From: Deltaproteobacteria bacterium
GTDB lineage: Bacteria > Myxococcota > XYA12-FULL-58-9
Assembly: GCA_016218825.1 (NCBI GenBank)
Contig: JACRCV010000075.1
Span: 166,358-230,357, forward strand
Direction: 5' to 3'
DNA length: 64,000 bases
Shown: one piece after another, positions 26,698 through 35,589 of the stretch
Layout: every line of letters begins with the position of its first letter
Position numbering within the stretch: the first letter of the stretch is position 1
Position numbers and translations under genes: made by a program
The notes under the pieces: generated by a model
What the model saw: the letters and a program-made list of their open reading frames with translations, nothing else
Databases searched by the model: none
Told to the model about the DNA's origin: nothing

Positions 26698-27756
26698 TCA
26701 ACCTACTGCCGGCGTGGCGGGCGGACAAGCAGCGCGGATCTGGGCGCGACCGCAGAGCTTGTAGAGCAGGCGCGCGCCGACGTTCGCGTCCCACGAGTCG
26801 TCGAAGGCCCCCTCGCCCGGCGCGACCTCGGTGAGGTCGAAGCCGACGATCCGCCGGCCGGAGTTGGTCACGGTCTCGAACAGCAGGCAGGCCTCGCGAA
26901 ACGACAGGCCGCCCGGCACCGGGGTGCCGGTGTTGGGACAGAGGGTCGGGTCGAGGCCGTCGACGTCGAAGGAGATGTAGACCTCTTCGGGCAAGTGACC
27001 GACGATCTCGTCCGCGAGCGCGGCAAACGACGTCCCCGACAGCTGACGGCGCCCGAGATCGGCGTCGAAGAAGGTCTTGACCCGATCGGGGTTGGCCTGG
27101 ATGTGGGCGATCTCGCCGCGGCCGAAGTCGCGGATCCCGACCTGCACCAGCTTCTTCAAGGCGCTTCGATCGAGGACGTTGCGCATCACCGAGGCGTGCG
27201 ACCAGGTGAAGCCCTCGTAGGCGGCGCGCAGGTCGGCGTGGGCGTCGACGTGCAAGACCCCCATCTCCGGGTAGCGCGCCAGATGGGCGCAGATGGCGCC
27301 GTAGGCCACCGAGTGCTCGCCGCCGACGGTGCCGACGATCTGACCGCGCGCCAAGAGCGCGTCGACGGTCTCCTGCACCGACTGCTGCAGGCGGTCGCCG
27401 ATACGGTTGAGCTCCTCGACCGCCGTCTGGCTGTCGTCGCCGTCCTCGCGGGCCGCGAGCGCGAGCTTCCTGGCGATGTCGTTCAGGTGCCGGGTCTGGG
27501 TGGCCTCCTCGAGCATCGCGATCCCGGCGGCGTGCACCGCGCCGAGCTCGGCGTCGTAGAGATCCACTTGATGGCTGGCGGCGAGGATCGCCGCCGGGCC
27601 GTCGCTGGTGCCGCGGCGGTAGCTGGTGGTGGCGTCGAACGGCACCGGCACGATCACGACCCGAGCGGTGTCGGCGTGGGCGTTGAGGCCGAAGAGCCCC
27701 GAGGCCGCGGCGGCCGGGGCATCGGGATCGAACTCGGGCTCGGGCGCGTTCGTCAT
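26698..27756 (-). CDS. ureohydrolase (agmatinase/arginase/formiminoglutamase family)
   Basis: Binuclear-Mn motifs GGEHS, DAHADL and SFDVDGLDP. Confidence 0.85.
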   Translation of the reverse strand: MTNAPEPEFDPDAPAAAASGLFGLNAHADTARVVIVPVPFDATTSYRRGTSDGPAAILAASHQVDLYDAELGAVHAAGIAMLEEATQTRHLNDIARKLALAAREDGDDSQTAVEELNRIGDRLQQSVQETVDALLARGQIVGTVGGEHSVAYGAICAHLARYPEMGVLHVDAHADLRAAYEGFTWSHASVMRNVLDRSALKKLVQVGIRDFGRGEIAHIQANPDRVKTFFDADLGRRQLSGTSFAALADEIVGHLPEEVYISFDVDGLDPTLCPNTGTPVPGGLSFREACLLFETVTNSGRRIVGFDLTEVAPGEGAFDDSWDANVGARLLYKLCGRAQIRAACPPATPAVG

Positions 27757-27862
27757 TGCTGATCCTCTTCCGTGTGGCTCGGCTGGTCGACTACGTAGAT
27801 GAGCGCGGCGCTTCAGGCAACCCCATTGTCGAAGACCGGGTTTGGCTGATAAGCGTCAGGCG

Positions 27863-28567
27863 ATGGGAGCGTTGACCGGCGATACTCGCGGACGGAGCAC
27901 GCCCTGGGTCCGGCTCAAGGCCGACGGACGGCGCGCGGTGCTGCGGGCGGCGGCGGCGGCGTTCGAGCGCCACGGCCTGGTGGTGTTCCCCACCGAGACC
28001 TTCTACGGCCTCGCGGTCAAGGCGACCGATGACGAGGCGATAAGGCGGCTGGTGCTGTTGAAGGCGCGCGAGGCCACGAAGCCGATCCCGGTGATCGCCG
28101 CGAGCCGCGCCGACGTCGAGAGGATCGGCCCGGTCCCGGCGGCGCTCGAGCAGGTGGTGCGCGCCTTCTGGCCCGGCCCGCTCACGGTCGCGATCACGCC
28201 GGCCGGGAATTGGCCCGAGGCCCTGCTCGGCAGCGGCCGTGACATCGGGGTGCGGGTGTGCGGCCACACGCTGGCGCGCGAGCTCGCGGCGCTCGCGGGC
28301 GGAGTGATCACCGCGACCAGCGCCAACCTCGGCGGCCGTCCGGCCGCGGCGCGCACCGACGAGCTCGATCCGGAGCTGGTGCGTCAGGTGGACTTGGTGA
28401 TCGACGCCGGGCCGTGTCAGGGCGGGCTGCCGTCGACGGTCGTCGCGGTGACCGCGAGCGGCGCCCTCGAGGTACGGCGGCCGGGCGCGGTGGCGGCCTC
28501 GGAGCTGGCGCGCCTGGTCGGCTACACGCCGAGGCTCAGGACCGCGGGCGCCGGGGCGCGCCGTTGA
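27863..28567 (+). CDS. tsaC: L-threonylcarbamoyladenylate synthase (TsaC/YrdC family)
   Basis: VFPTETFYGLA...KAREATKPIPVIAAS...WPGPLTVAI...SANLGGRPA are YrdC-domain motifs. ORF-track TTG start at 27842 is an alternative. Confidence 0.8.
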   Translation: MGALTGDTRGRSTPWVRLKADGRRAVLRAAAAAFERHGLVVFPTETFYGLAVKATDDEAIRRLVLLKAREATKPIPVIAASRADVERIGPVPAALEQVVRAFWPGPLTVAITPAGNWPEALLGSGRDIGVRVCGHTLARELAALAGGVITATSANLGGRPAAARTDELDPELVRQVDLVIDAGPCQGGLPSTVVAVTASGALEVRRPGAVAASELARLVGYTPRLRTAGAGARR

Positions 28568-29292
28568 GCGTGGCCGCGCCGCCGAGTCGCGATACCTTGC
28601 TCGGTGGCGATCTGGTGTTGTGGCAGCCGGCGCGCGGCCACGGCTATCGCACCAACCTCGATCCAGTGCTGCTCGCCGGCTTCGTGCTGCCGGCGAGGCG
28701 GGTGTTGGACCTGGGCGCGGGCTGCGGCGTCGTCGGGCTGCTGCTCTTGAAGATGGGCAAGGCCCTTGAGGTGACCGCGGTGGAGGTGCAGCCGGAGCTC
28801 GCAGAGCTCGCGGCGAAGAACGTCGTCGACAACCGGCTCGAGGCGGCGATGCAGGTCCGCACCGGCGATCTGCGGACGCTCGATCTAGGGGTCTTCGACG
28901 CGGTGGTCTTCAACCCGCCGTACTTTCGCGCCGCGCACGGCCGCCGTCCCCCCGAGCCGGGTCGCGCGACCGGCCGCTACGAGACCCACGGCACGCTCGC
29001 GGACTTCATCAGCGCCGGGATGCGGGCGCTCGATTTACGCGGGCGGATGAGCGCCATCGTGCCGACGGCACGCCTCGGCGAGGTGCGACGGGCGCTCGCT
29101 GCCGATGACGCTGGGCTCGAACGAGTGCGGCCGGTCTGCTCGAGGGCCGGGAGCGCGTCGCGGTTGGCGGTGTGGCAGGCGGCGCGGCAGAGGGCATCGG
29201 CGCGCGAGGTCACGAGCGAAGCGCCGATCGTGGTGCACGCCGGGGTCGGTCGGGAGTACGCCGCCGAGGTGCGCGGCTGGCTCAGGGAGTAG
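28564..29292 (+). CDS. N6-adenine methyltransferase (tRNA m6A37 TrmN6/YfiC-like)
   Basis: LDLGAGCGVVGLLL (SAM motif) and VVFNPPYF (NPPY/F catalytic motif). Start TTG 28564 or GTG 28570, right after the tsaC stop. Confidence 0.7.
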   Translation: MSVAAPPSRDTLLGGDLVLWQPARGHGYRTNLDPVLLAGFVLPARRVLDLGAGCGVVGLLLLKMGKALEVTAVEVQPELAELAAKNVVDNRLEAAMQVRTGDLRTLDLGVFDAVVFNPPYFRAAHGRRPPEPGRATGRYETHGTLADFISAGMRALDLRGRMSAIVPTARLGEVRRALAADDAGLERVRPVCSRAGSASRLAVWQAARQRASAREVTSEAPIVVHAGVGREYAAEVRGWLRE

Positions 29293-29793
29293 CTATGAGC
29301 GGTTTCGGGCGCGGCGGGCGCGGCGATCGAGGAGCACGATGCGCTCGAAGGCCGCCTTCATGTCCCGATCTTTGAGCGGCAGCGACGCGTCGGCGGCGAC
29401 CGCGCGGTCGTCCGCGGTGGGCGCCTGGTCGAGCCAGACCGGACGCTCCTCGGGCTTCGGGCGGGTGCGGAGGCTGCCGCCGACGACCCGCAGCTCGCGG
29501 ACCGCGCCTTCTCTTCCCAGCACCTGGTTCAAGCGGCTGAGGATGTCGTGCTTCAGGAAGGTGAGCTCGTTTTGCCACGCGGCGCTGGTGGCGCGGACCA
29601 CGAGGACGCCGCGGCTCAGGCTCTGGGGCTCGGTGCGCGCCGCGAGCTCGGGGCCGACGGCTTGCCCCCACGCCGCGGAGATCCGGACCCGCTTCGCGAC
29701 CTCGGAGAGCCCGAGCTTCTTCAGGGTGCCGACGACGCTCTTGTCGAGGCCTTTGAGGACCTTGCGTCGCGGGCGGCGGCGATTGCCGGGCAT
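29293..29793 (-). CDS. DUF721 (DciA-like) protein
   Basis: Internal start MPGNRRRPRRKV... of ORF 29293..30192. LVVRATSAAWQNELTFLKHDILSRLN matches the DUF721 core. Confidence 0.55.
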   Translation of the reverse strand: MPGNRRRPRRKVLKGLDKSVVGTLKKLGLSEVAKRVRISAAWGQAVGPELAARTEPQSLSRGVLVVRATSAAWQNELTFLKHDILSRLNQVLGREGAVRELRVVGGSLRTRPKPEERPVWLDQAPTADDRAVAADASLPLKDRDMKAAFERIVLLDRRARRARNRS

Positions 29794-29874
29794 CGGCAGA
29801 GTATACGCGAACAGGGCGGGCAAAGGACAACGGCGCTTTACTCGGCCGGTCGTAGACGGGTAGGGTCGTCGCCC

Positions 29875-30390
29875 ATGGACCTCGTACGCGCGCTCGTTCG
29901 TGACGTCCCCGATTTCCCCAAGAAGGGGATCCTGTTCCGAGACATCACCCCGGTGCTCGGTGACGCCGCGGCCTTTCGGCAGGTCATCGACGCGCTCGCC
30001 GGCCGCTACGCGGATCGGGGCGTGACCAAGATCGCCGGCATCGAGAGCCGCGGCTTCGTGTTCGCGTCGGCGGTGGCGTACGTGCTCGGCTGCGGCTTCG
30101 TGATCTTGCGCAAGCCCGGCAAGCTGCCGCGGCCGACCTACAAGGCGACCTACGCGCTCGAGTACGGCCAGGACACGTTGCACGTGCACCAAGACGCGCT
30201 CGCGGCCGCCGACCAGGTGGTGGTGCTGGACGATCTGATCGCGACCGGGGGCACCGCGAAGGCCGCCGCCGAGCTCGTCGGCATGGCGGGGGCGACGCTC
30301 GTGGAGCTGGCGTTCGTCATCGAGCTCACGGCGCTCGGCGGCCGCGAGCGGCTCCGCGGCCTGCCGGTGTTCTCCCTGCTCAGCTATTGA
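29875..30390 (+). CDS. apt: adenine phosphoribosyltransferase
   Basis: FPKKGILFRDITPVLGD...GIESRGFVFASAVAY...VVVLDDLIATGGTAKAA is the classic APRT PRPP-binding motif. Confidence 0.9.
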   Translation: MDLVRALVRDVPDFPKKGILFRDITPVLGDAAAFRQVIDALAGRYADRGVTKIAGIESRGFVFASAVAYVLGCGFVILRKPGKLPRPTYKATYALEYGQDTLHVHQDALAAADQVVVLDDLIATGGTAKAAAELVGMAGATLVELAFVIELTALGGRERLRGLPVFSLLSY

Positions 30391-30430
30391 CCGTGAAGAT
30401 CGCGTGCCCTAAGGTCGAAGCGCAGCAGGC

Positions 30431-30506
30431 GCCCCCGTAGCTCAGTTGGATAGAGCGCGGGATTCCTAATCCCGGTCTGCCACAGGTTCGACTCCTGTCG
30501 GGGGCG
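30431..30506 (+). tRNA. tRNA-Arg (anticodon CCT)
   Basis: GCCCCCG-TA-GCTC-AGTTGGATA-GAGC-G-CGGGA-TTCCTAA-TCCCG-...-GGTTCGACTCC-...-CGGGGGC-G, followed by an encoded CCA. Anticodon loop TT-CCT-AA. Coordinates ±1. Confidence 0.85.
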
Positions 30507-31527
30507 CCAAGCCCTGCACCGGCACCAACGCCATCGGCCGGTCGTGGCTCAAGGCTCGCCGGCAGGCGTCGAACATCTCGGCGTGGGTCCGGGCCCGGCG
30601 CACCTCGCGCCAGAAGCTGCCGTCGGCGTCGACCCCCGGGCCGACGTAGCCCATCGCCCGCTTCACGATCTGTACGCGTTTCGCCTCCGGCAGCGTGCTC
30701 AGCGACGAGGCCTCGTAGAGATCCTCGAGATAGGCGAGCAGGTCGCGGCCGACCGGCACCGGGGCGGGGCGTGCCTCTCGGTGCGCGCGGATCTGGTCGA
30801 AGATCCACGGGTTGCGGATCGCCGCCCGGCCGATCATCACCCCGCGCGCCCCGGTGCGCGCCAGCACCGCCGCCGCCTTCGCGGCCGAGTCGATGTCGCC
30901 GTTCGCCAGCACCGGGCACGCCAGGCTCGACACCGCCTGCGCGATGCGATCGTAACGCACCTGACCATGGTAGCAGTCGGCGACCGTCCGGCCGTGCACG
31001 GTCACGAGGTCGAGCGAGTGCCGCGCCAGGATCGCGAGCAACGGCTCGAGCTCCGCGGGAGAGTCGAAGCCGAGGCGGGTCTTCACCGACAGCTTGATCG
31101 ACACCGCGGCGCGCAGCGCGCCGAGCAGGTGGTCGATGCGGCTCGGATCGCGCAACAACCCCCCGCCCGCGCGCTTGCGGTAGACGATCGGCGCCGGGCA
31201 GCCGAGGTTGAAGTCGATGCCGACGATCGGTCTTTGCTGGAGCTCCCGGGCGGTGCGCACCAGCGCCGCGGCGTCGTTGCCGATCAGCTGGGCGATGACC
31301 GGCCGGCCGGTCGGGTTGTCGTCGATCGCCCGCAGGATCGACGTCCGGGGCTTCGAGGTGCCGTGCACCCGGATGTACTCGGTGAAGTACAGATCCGCGC
31401 CGCCATAGCGGCAGATCAAGCGCCAGAAGCGCAGGTCGGTGACGTCGTGCATCGGCGCCAACGCCAGGCACGGCGTCGGTCCCCGCAAGACGTCATCGAA
31501 GGGGTTCTGCAGCGGCAGCGCCGTCAT
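30466..31527 (-). CDS. tRNA-dihydrouridine synthase (Dus family)
   Basis: ORF track. LAPMHDVTDLRFWRLICRYGGADLYFTEYI..., GIDFNLGCP, and KTRLG are Dus TIM-barrel motifs. The 3' end runs antisense into the tRNA-Arg gene. Confidence 0.85.
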   Translation of the reverse strand: MTALPLQNPFDDVLRGPTPCLALAPMHDVTDLRFWRLICRYGGADLYFTEYIRVHGTSKPRTSILRAIDDNPTGRPVIAQLIGNDAAALVRTARELQQRPIVGIDFNLGCPAPIVYRKRAGGGLLRDPSRIDHLLGALRAAVSIKLSVKTRLGFDSPAELEPLLAILARHSLDLVTVHGRTVADCYHGQVRYDRIAQAVSSLACPVLANGDIDSAAKAAAVLARTGARGVMIGRAAIRNPWIFDQIRAHREARPAPVPVGRDLLAYLEDLYEASSLSTLPEAKRVQIVKRAMGYVGPGVDADGSFWREVRRARTHAEMFDACRRALSHDRPMALVPVQGLAPPTGVEPVADRD

Positions 31528-31542
31528 CAGGCGCCCGCCGGC

Positions 31543-32058
31543 TCAGAAGACGTAGCTGCCGAAGGCGACGATCTCGACCATCCCGAGGAACGCCGGTCGC
31601 TGGCCCATCGTCGTGCTCAGGTCGACGCCCACCTGGCCACCCACCGAGAGCTTCGCGGTCAAGAAATAGTCGGCGCCGGCGCCGAGATAGGCGCCGAGCG
31701 TCGTGAGGTTGGCGCCGATGACGTCCCAGATCCGACCGAACGACAGCTGCGCCTGCGCGAACGGCGACACCGGCAGGTCGAGGTCCGCGAGACGGTAGCG
31801 AGCGCCGGCACGCAGGCGCAGCGGCACGCTGCCGGAGACGCCGAGGTTCAGCCCCGCGACCGCCGAGAGCGACTTGTCGAACGCGTACTCGCCCTGCGCG
31901 TTTACCAACAGGTAGGCGCCGGACGCGCCCAACGCGGAGCCCAGCCGGAAGCCGGGGCCCAACGCGGCGCTGCCGATGATCGATCCGGGCTCGACCGTAA
32001 GACCCCACGCCGTGGTCGGTACCAACAGGAGTGCTACTGCTAGGAACCGAGCGCGCAT
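31543..32058 (-). CDS. small outer-membrane beta-barrel protein (paralog of 26146..26646)
   Basis: Signal MRARFLAVALLLVPTTAWG, alternating hydrophobic pattern, and C-terminal ...AFGSYVF. GGAGGG Shine-Dalgarno. 15 bp upstream of dus on the same strand. Confidence 0.6.
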   Translation of the reverse strand: MRARFLAVALLLVPTTAWGLTVEPGSIIGSAALGPGFRLGSALGASGAYLLVNAQGEYAFDKSLSAVAGLNLGVSGSVPLRLRAGARYRLADLDLPVSPFAQAQLSFGRIWDVIGANLTTLGAYLGAGADYFLTAKLSVGGQVGVDLSTTMGQRPAFLGMVEIVAFGSYVF

Positions 32059-32124
32059 CGAGCTACCCTCCGGACAGTGTGGCTTGAGGCGTAACATGGT
32101 CTATTCAACAGGTCAAACGGGCAC

Positions 32125-32290
32125 CGGCCACGACACCGGGCAATCGATTTCTCGCGTTCTTGATTCCCGGCGGGCGCTTCGCGCCCGTCCTCCCCACCCC
32201 CACCCCGGAGCGTCGCCTTCGGCGCCGCTCTCGGCCCGCCCCAGATTGGGGCGGGCAACATCGGCAAAGCCCGAGAGCTCGATCGCCCTG
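32125..32290. repeat. structured GC-rich repeat, copy B (subfamily 1, inverted relative to copy A), flanked by 9-bp direct repeat GGCCACGAC (32116-32124 and 32291-32299)
   Basis: The reverse complement is ~90% identical to copy A over ~150 bp, including terminus cagggcgatcgag, the hairpin, G-tract and cccgccgggaatca. Seen directly. Confidence 0.7.
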
Positions 32291-32311
32291 GGCCACGACG
32301 TCCTCCGCCGC

Positions 32312-33550
32312 TTGCGCCGGCTGCTCCCGACCCATGTGCAAGGTGTCCTCGCCCGCCTTCAAGATCACGGCGGTCGCGCGGTGATCGTCGGCGGCGCGGT
32401 GCGCGACGTGATGCTCGGCCGCCGGCCGCCCGACTGGGACCTCGCCACCGACCTGCGGCCCGCCGCCGTCGCGACCCTGTTCCCGCGGGTCAATCGGGCC
32501 GGGGAGAAGCACGGCACGATCATGGTGCTCACCGGCCACGGGCCGGTCGAGGTGACCACCTTCCGCGGCGAAGGGCCGTACCTCGACGGCAGGCGTCCGT
32601 CCACCGTGATCTTCCACGACGACCTCGAGGCCGACCTGGCGCGCCGCGACTTCACGATCAACGCGATCGCCGCGGATCTCGCGACGAACGAGTTCGTCGA
32701 TCCGTTCTCGGGCGAGATGGACCTGCGCCGCGGCCGAGTGCGCGCGGTCGGCGATCCGCGCCAGCGCTTCGCCGAAGACGGCCTGCGGTCGCTGCGCGCG
32801 ATCCGCCTCGCGGCCGTCCTCGGGTTCGAAATCGACAAAGCGACCAAAGACGCGCTCCCCGGCGCGGTCGAAGTCCTTCGTCAGGTCGCATGGGAGCGCC
32901 GCCGGGACGAGATGGCGCGCCTGCTCGCCGGCGCCGTGGCCCTCGCCCCCGCGGTGCGGCTGCTCGTCGACTCCGGCCTCATCCGCGAGGTCGCCGCCGA
33001 GCTCGAGCCGGCGCCGCTCAAGGCGGTGGCGAGGCTCGATCGGCTCGCGCCCGATCCCTGGCTGCGTTTGGCGGGCTGGGCAACCGCCGCCCGGCTCGAG
33101 CCACACGCCGCCGCCGGCGTCGCGACCCGGTGGCGGGCGGGAACGGCCGTCGCGCGCGCGATCGAGAGCCAAACGAAAGGCTACCAGCGCCTCGGTCGCC
33201 GCCCCCCGACTGGAGCCGCGCTCCGACTCTGGCTCGCCGAGGTCGGCCCCGAGGCGGCGCTCGGCGCCGCCGCCCTCGCCGCGGCCCTGCGCCCTGACCC
33301 TTGGCAGCGCTTCCCTGCCGCGGTGCGGCGCACTCTGGCGCGAAAGCCGTGCCTGAGCCTCGCGACCCTCGCTGTCGACGGCCACGACCTCGAGGCGGCG
33401 GGCTTCTTCGGCCCGGCCGTCGGCCGGATCCTCCAGGCCCTCCTCCGGGAGGTCCTGCACCGGCCGGCATTGAACCAAGAAACCAGGCTCTTGGCCCTTG
33501 CCCACACCTTGTCCACAGCCACCGACCCCCGTCTTGCCCTCGGACCCTGA
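32312..33550 (+). CDS. tRNA nucleotidyltransferase (CCA-adding enzyme) / poly(A) polymerase family
   Basis: AVIVGGAVRDVMLGRRPPDWDLAT...GTIMV...DFTINAIA are polymerase-beta head-domain motifs. The 5' end is uncertain (TTG 32312 or GTG 32336) because repeat copy B sits where the start would be expected. Confidence 0.75.
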   Translation: MRRLLPTHVQGVLARLQDHGGRAVIVGGAVRDVMLGRRPPDWDLATDLRPAAVATLFPRVNRAGEKHGTIMVLTGHGPVEVTTFRGEGPYLDGRRPSTVIFHDDLEADLARRDFTINAIAADLATNEFVDPFSGEMDLRRGRVRAVGDPRQRFAEDGLRSLRAIRLAAVLGFEIDKATKDALPGAVEVLRQVAWERRRDEMARLLAGAVALAPAVRLLVDSGLIREVAAELEPAPLKAVARLDRLAPDPWLRLAGWATAARLEPHAAAGVATRWRAGTAVARAIESQTKGYQRLGRRPPTGAALRLWLAEVGPEAALGAAALAAALRPDPWQRFPAAVRRTLARKPCLSLATLAVDGHDLEAAGFFGPAVGRILQALLREVLHRPALNQETRLLALAHTLSTATDPRLALGP

Positions 33551-33589
33551 ATCCCTGCTGTCGAGCCTTTTGGCCGCGGCCCCAGGGGC

Positions 33590-33690
33590 GGACGAGCGAT
33601 CCTGTGGTTTGTAATATCGATATAAAACATAGACATACGCCAGAAATCTGAAAGCTAGTTGTGGTTTCACCGTTCGTATTTCCGGGGATC
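33590..33690. promoter_or_regulatory. AT-rich island (~35% GC) upstream of mnmA with direct repeat TGTGGTTT ×2
   Basis: gtttgtaatatcgatataaaacatagacatacgccagaaatctgaaagctagttgtggtttcac. A TTGACA-17-TACGTG promoter-like element follows at ~33758-33786. Confidence 0.35.
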
Positions 33691-33823
33691 TCGACCTGCC
33701 GGGCCGGGCCGGGGGGGTTGGGGATAGGGTGTGGAGAAGTGGGCGGCGGTCGCGGTTGACAGATGCCGGCGAACCGTCTACGTGTGCCTGCCCGCGGGCC
33801 CACCCCCGGGTCGAGGAGAGCGC

Positions 33824-34906
33824 GTGCGGATCGTGGTGGCGATGAGCGGCGGCGTCGATTCGTCGACCGCGGCGGCGCTGTTGAAGGAGCAGGGACACGA
33901 CGTGATCGGCGTGACCCTGAAGACCCACACCGCGGCGCACCACCAGGCCCGGGTTTGCTGCACCACCGACGTCCTCAATGACGCGCTGCGGGTCGCCCTG
34001 CACCTCCAGATCCCCTTCGAGGTGCAGAACTGCCAGGAGGCGTTCGGCCGCGAGGTCATCCTGCCCTTCGTCGCCGCCTACCAGGACGGCCGGACGCCGA
34101 ACCCCTGCATCGCCTGCAACGAGCGCATCAAGTTCGGGCTGTTGTGGGAGCGGGCCCGCGCCCTCGGTGCGACGCGGATCGCGACCGGCCACTACGCACG
34201 GCTCGAGACCGACTCTCACGGCCGGACCGCGTTGCGCCGCGGCCGCGACGCGGCCAAGGACCAGTCCTATTTTCTCTACCGCCAGGTGGCGGTGCTCGAC
34301 CGTGCCCTGTTTCCGGTGGGTGGCTACACCAAGGTCGAGGTGCGGGCGCTCGCGGCGCGGTTCGGGCTGCCGGTGGCCGAGAAGATCGAGAGCCAGGAGA
34401 TCTGCTTCGTCGGCGCGGACGGCTACGCGGCGACGGTGGAGCGCCTCGCGGGCGGCGGCCGGCCCGGGCCGATCCTCGACCCGGCCGGCAAGGTGCTCGG
34501 CCGGCACGACGGCGTCCACCACTTTACGCTGGGCCAGCGCCACGGCCTGGGGGTCTCGGCGCCGACGCCGCTGTACGTCACCGCGATCGACGCCATGTCG
34601 GGCGAGGTCAGGGTGGGGCGGCAGGAAGATCTGCTGGTGCGCGTCGTCGAGCTCGCCGACGTCGTGTGGGGCGAGCGCGCGATCGGCCCCGACCAGGTGG
34701 TCGGCGTGCAGCAGCGCTATCGCGATCGCGCCCGGCCGGCGCGGGTGCGCCTCGGCGAAAAGGGACGCGCGATCGTCACCTTCGTCGAGCCGACGCCCCG
34801 GGCGGCGCCGGGCCAGGCGGCGGTGGTCTACGACGGCGACGAGGTCCTGGGCGGCGGCGTCGTGGTCCGCTCGCACGTCGAAGTGACGCCGGCGGTGCAC
34901 GCATGA
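33824..34906 (+). CDS. mnmA: tRNA 2-thiouridine(34) synthase MnmA
   Basis: GTG start with GAGGAGAG Shine-Dalgarno. VRIVVAMSGGVDSS is the PP-loop. CIACNERIKF and GHYAR are MnmA motifs. Confidence 0.9.
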   Translation: MRIVVAMSGGVDSSTAAALLKEQGHDVIGVTLKTHTAAHHQARVCCTTDVLNDALRVALHLQIPFEVQNCQEAFGREVILPFVAAYQDGRTPNPCIACNERIKFGLLWERARALGATRIATGHYARLETDSHGRTALRRGRDAAKDQSYFLYRQVAVLDRALFPVGGYTKVEVRALAARFGLPVAEKIESQEICFVGADGYAATVERLAGGGRPGPILDPAGKVLGRHDGVHHFTLGQRHGLGVSAPTPLYVTAIDAMSGEVRVGRQEDLLVRVVELADVVWGERAIGPDQVVGVQQRYRDRARPARVRLGEKGRAIVTFVEPTPRAAPGQAAVVYDGDEVLGGGVVVRSHVEVTPAVHA

Positions 34907-35589
34907 GCCCCGAGAGCGCGGTCACCGTCCTCGAACAGCGGCTCGGACGCGAGTTCGAGAGCAGGCGCTTTGGGGAGGCGGCGCTCACCCATTCGACCTA
35001 CGTCAACGAGCACCCCGAGGCCGGTCCGGCGAACGAGCGCCTCGAGTTCGTCGGCGACGCGGTGCTCGGCCTGCTCGCGGCCGAGCTGTTGTTCAACGGC
35101 AGCGCCGACGGCTCCGAGGGCGAGATGACGGTGCGGCGGGCGCAGGTGGTCGAGCGCCGGGCGCTGGCCGAGATGGCGACGCGCCTCGATCTCGGAGCGC
35201 TGCTCCGGATGGGCGAGGGCCAGAGGCGAGACGGCGGCGCCTTGTCCTCCCGGATCCTGGCCGGCGCCTACGAGGCGGTGGCGGGCGCGGTGTTCATGGA
35301 CGGGGGCTACGACGCCGCCAAGCGCTGCTTCGCCGCGCCGCTCCAGGCCGCGATCGATCTCGCGACGACGCCGGTGGACTTCAAGACCGCGCTCCAGGAG
35401 CTCTGCCACCGCCGCCGGCTGCAGGCGCCGGCCTACACCGTGACCGGGGTGCACGGCCCGGATCACGCGCGCACCTACACCTGCGGCATCGTCGTCGGCG
35501 ACGTGCGGCTGGAGAAGACCGCCGCCAACAAGAAGGACGCCGAGCAGGCGTGCGCGCGCGCCGCGCTCGCGGCTTTGGGAGGCACATGA
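34903..35589 (+). CDS. rnc: ribonuclease III
   Basis: ATGA overlap with mnmA. RNase III signature ERLEFVGDAVLGL. C-terminal dsRBD. Confidence 0.9.
   Translation: MSPESAVTVLEQRLGREFESRRFGEAALTHSTYVNEHPEAGPANERLEFVGDAVLGLLAAELLFNGSADGSEGEMTVRRAQVVERRALAEMATRLDLGALLRMGEGQRRDGGALSSRILAGAYEAVAGAVFMDGGYDAAKRCFAAPLQAAIDLATTPVDFKTALQELCHRRRLQAPAYTVTGVHGPDHARTYTCGIVVGDVRLEKTAANKKDAEQACARAALAALGGT

Noticed and set aside
30400-30520. Integrative element or prophage adjacent to tRNA-Arg
   Set aside because: No integrase, no direct repeat of the tRNA 3' end, and the flanking genes are housekeeping (apt, dus).
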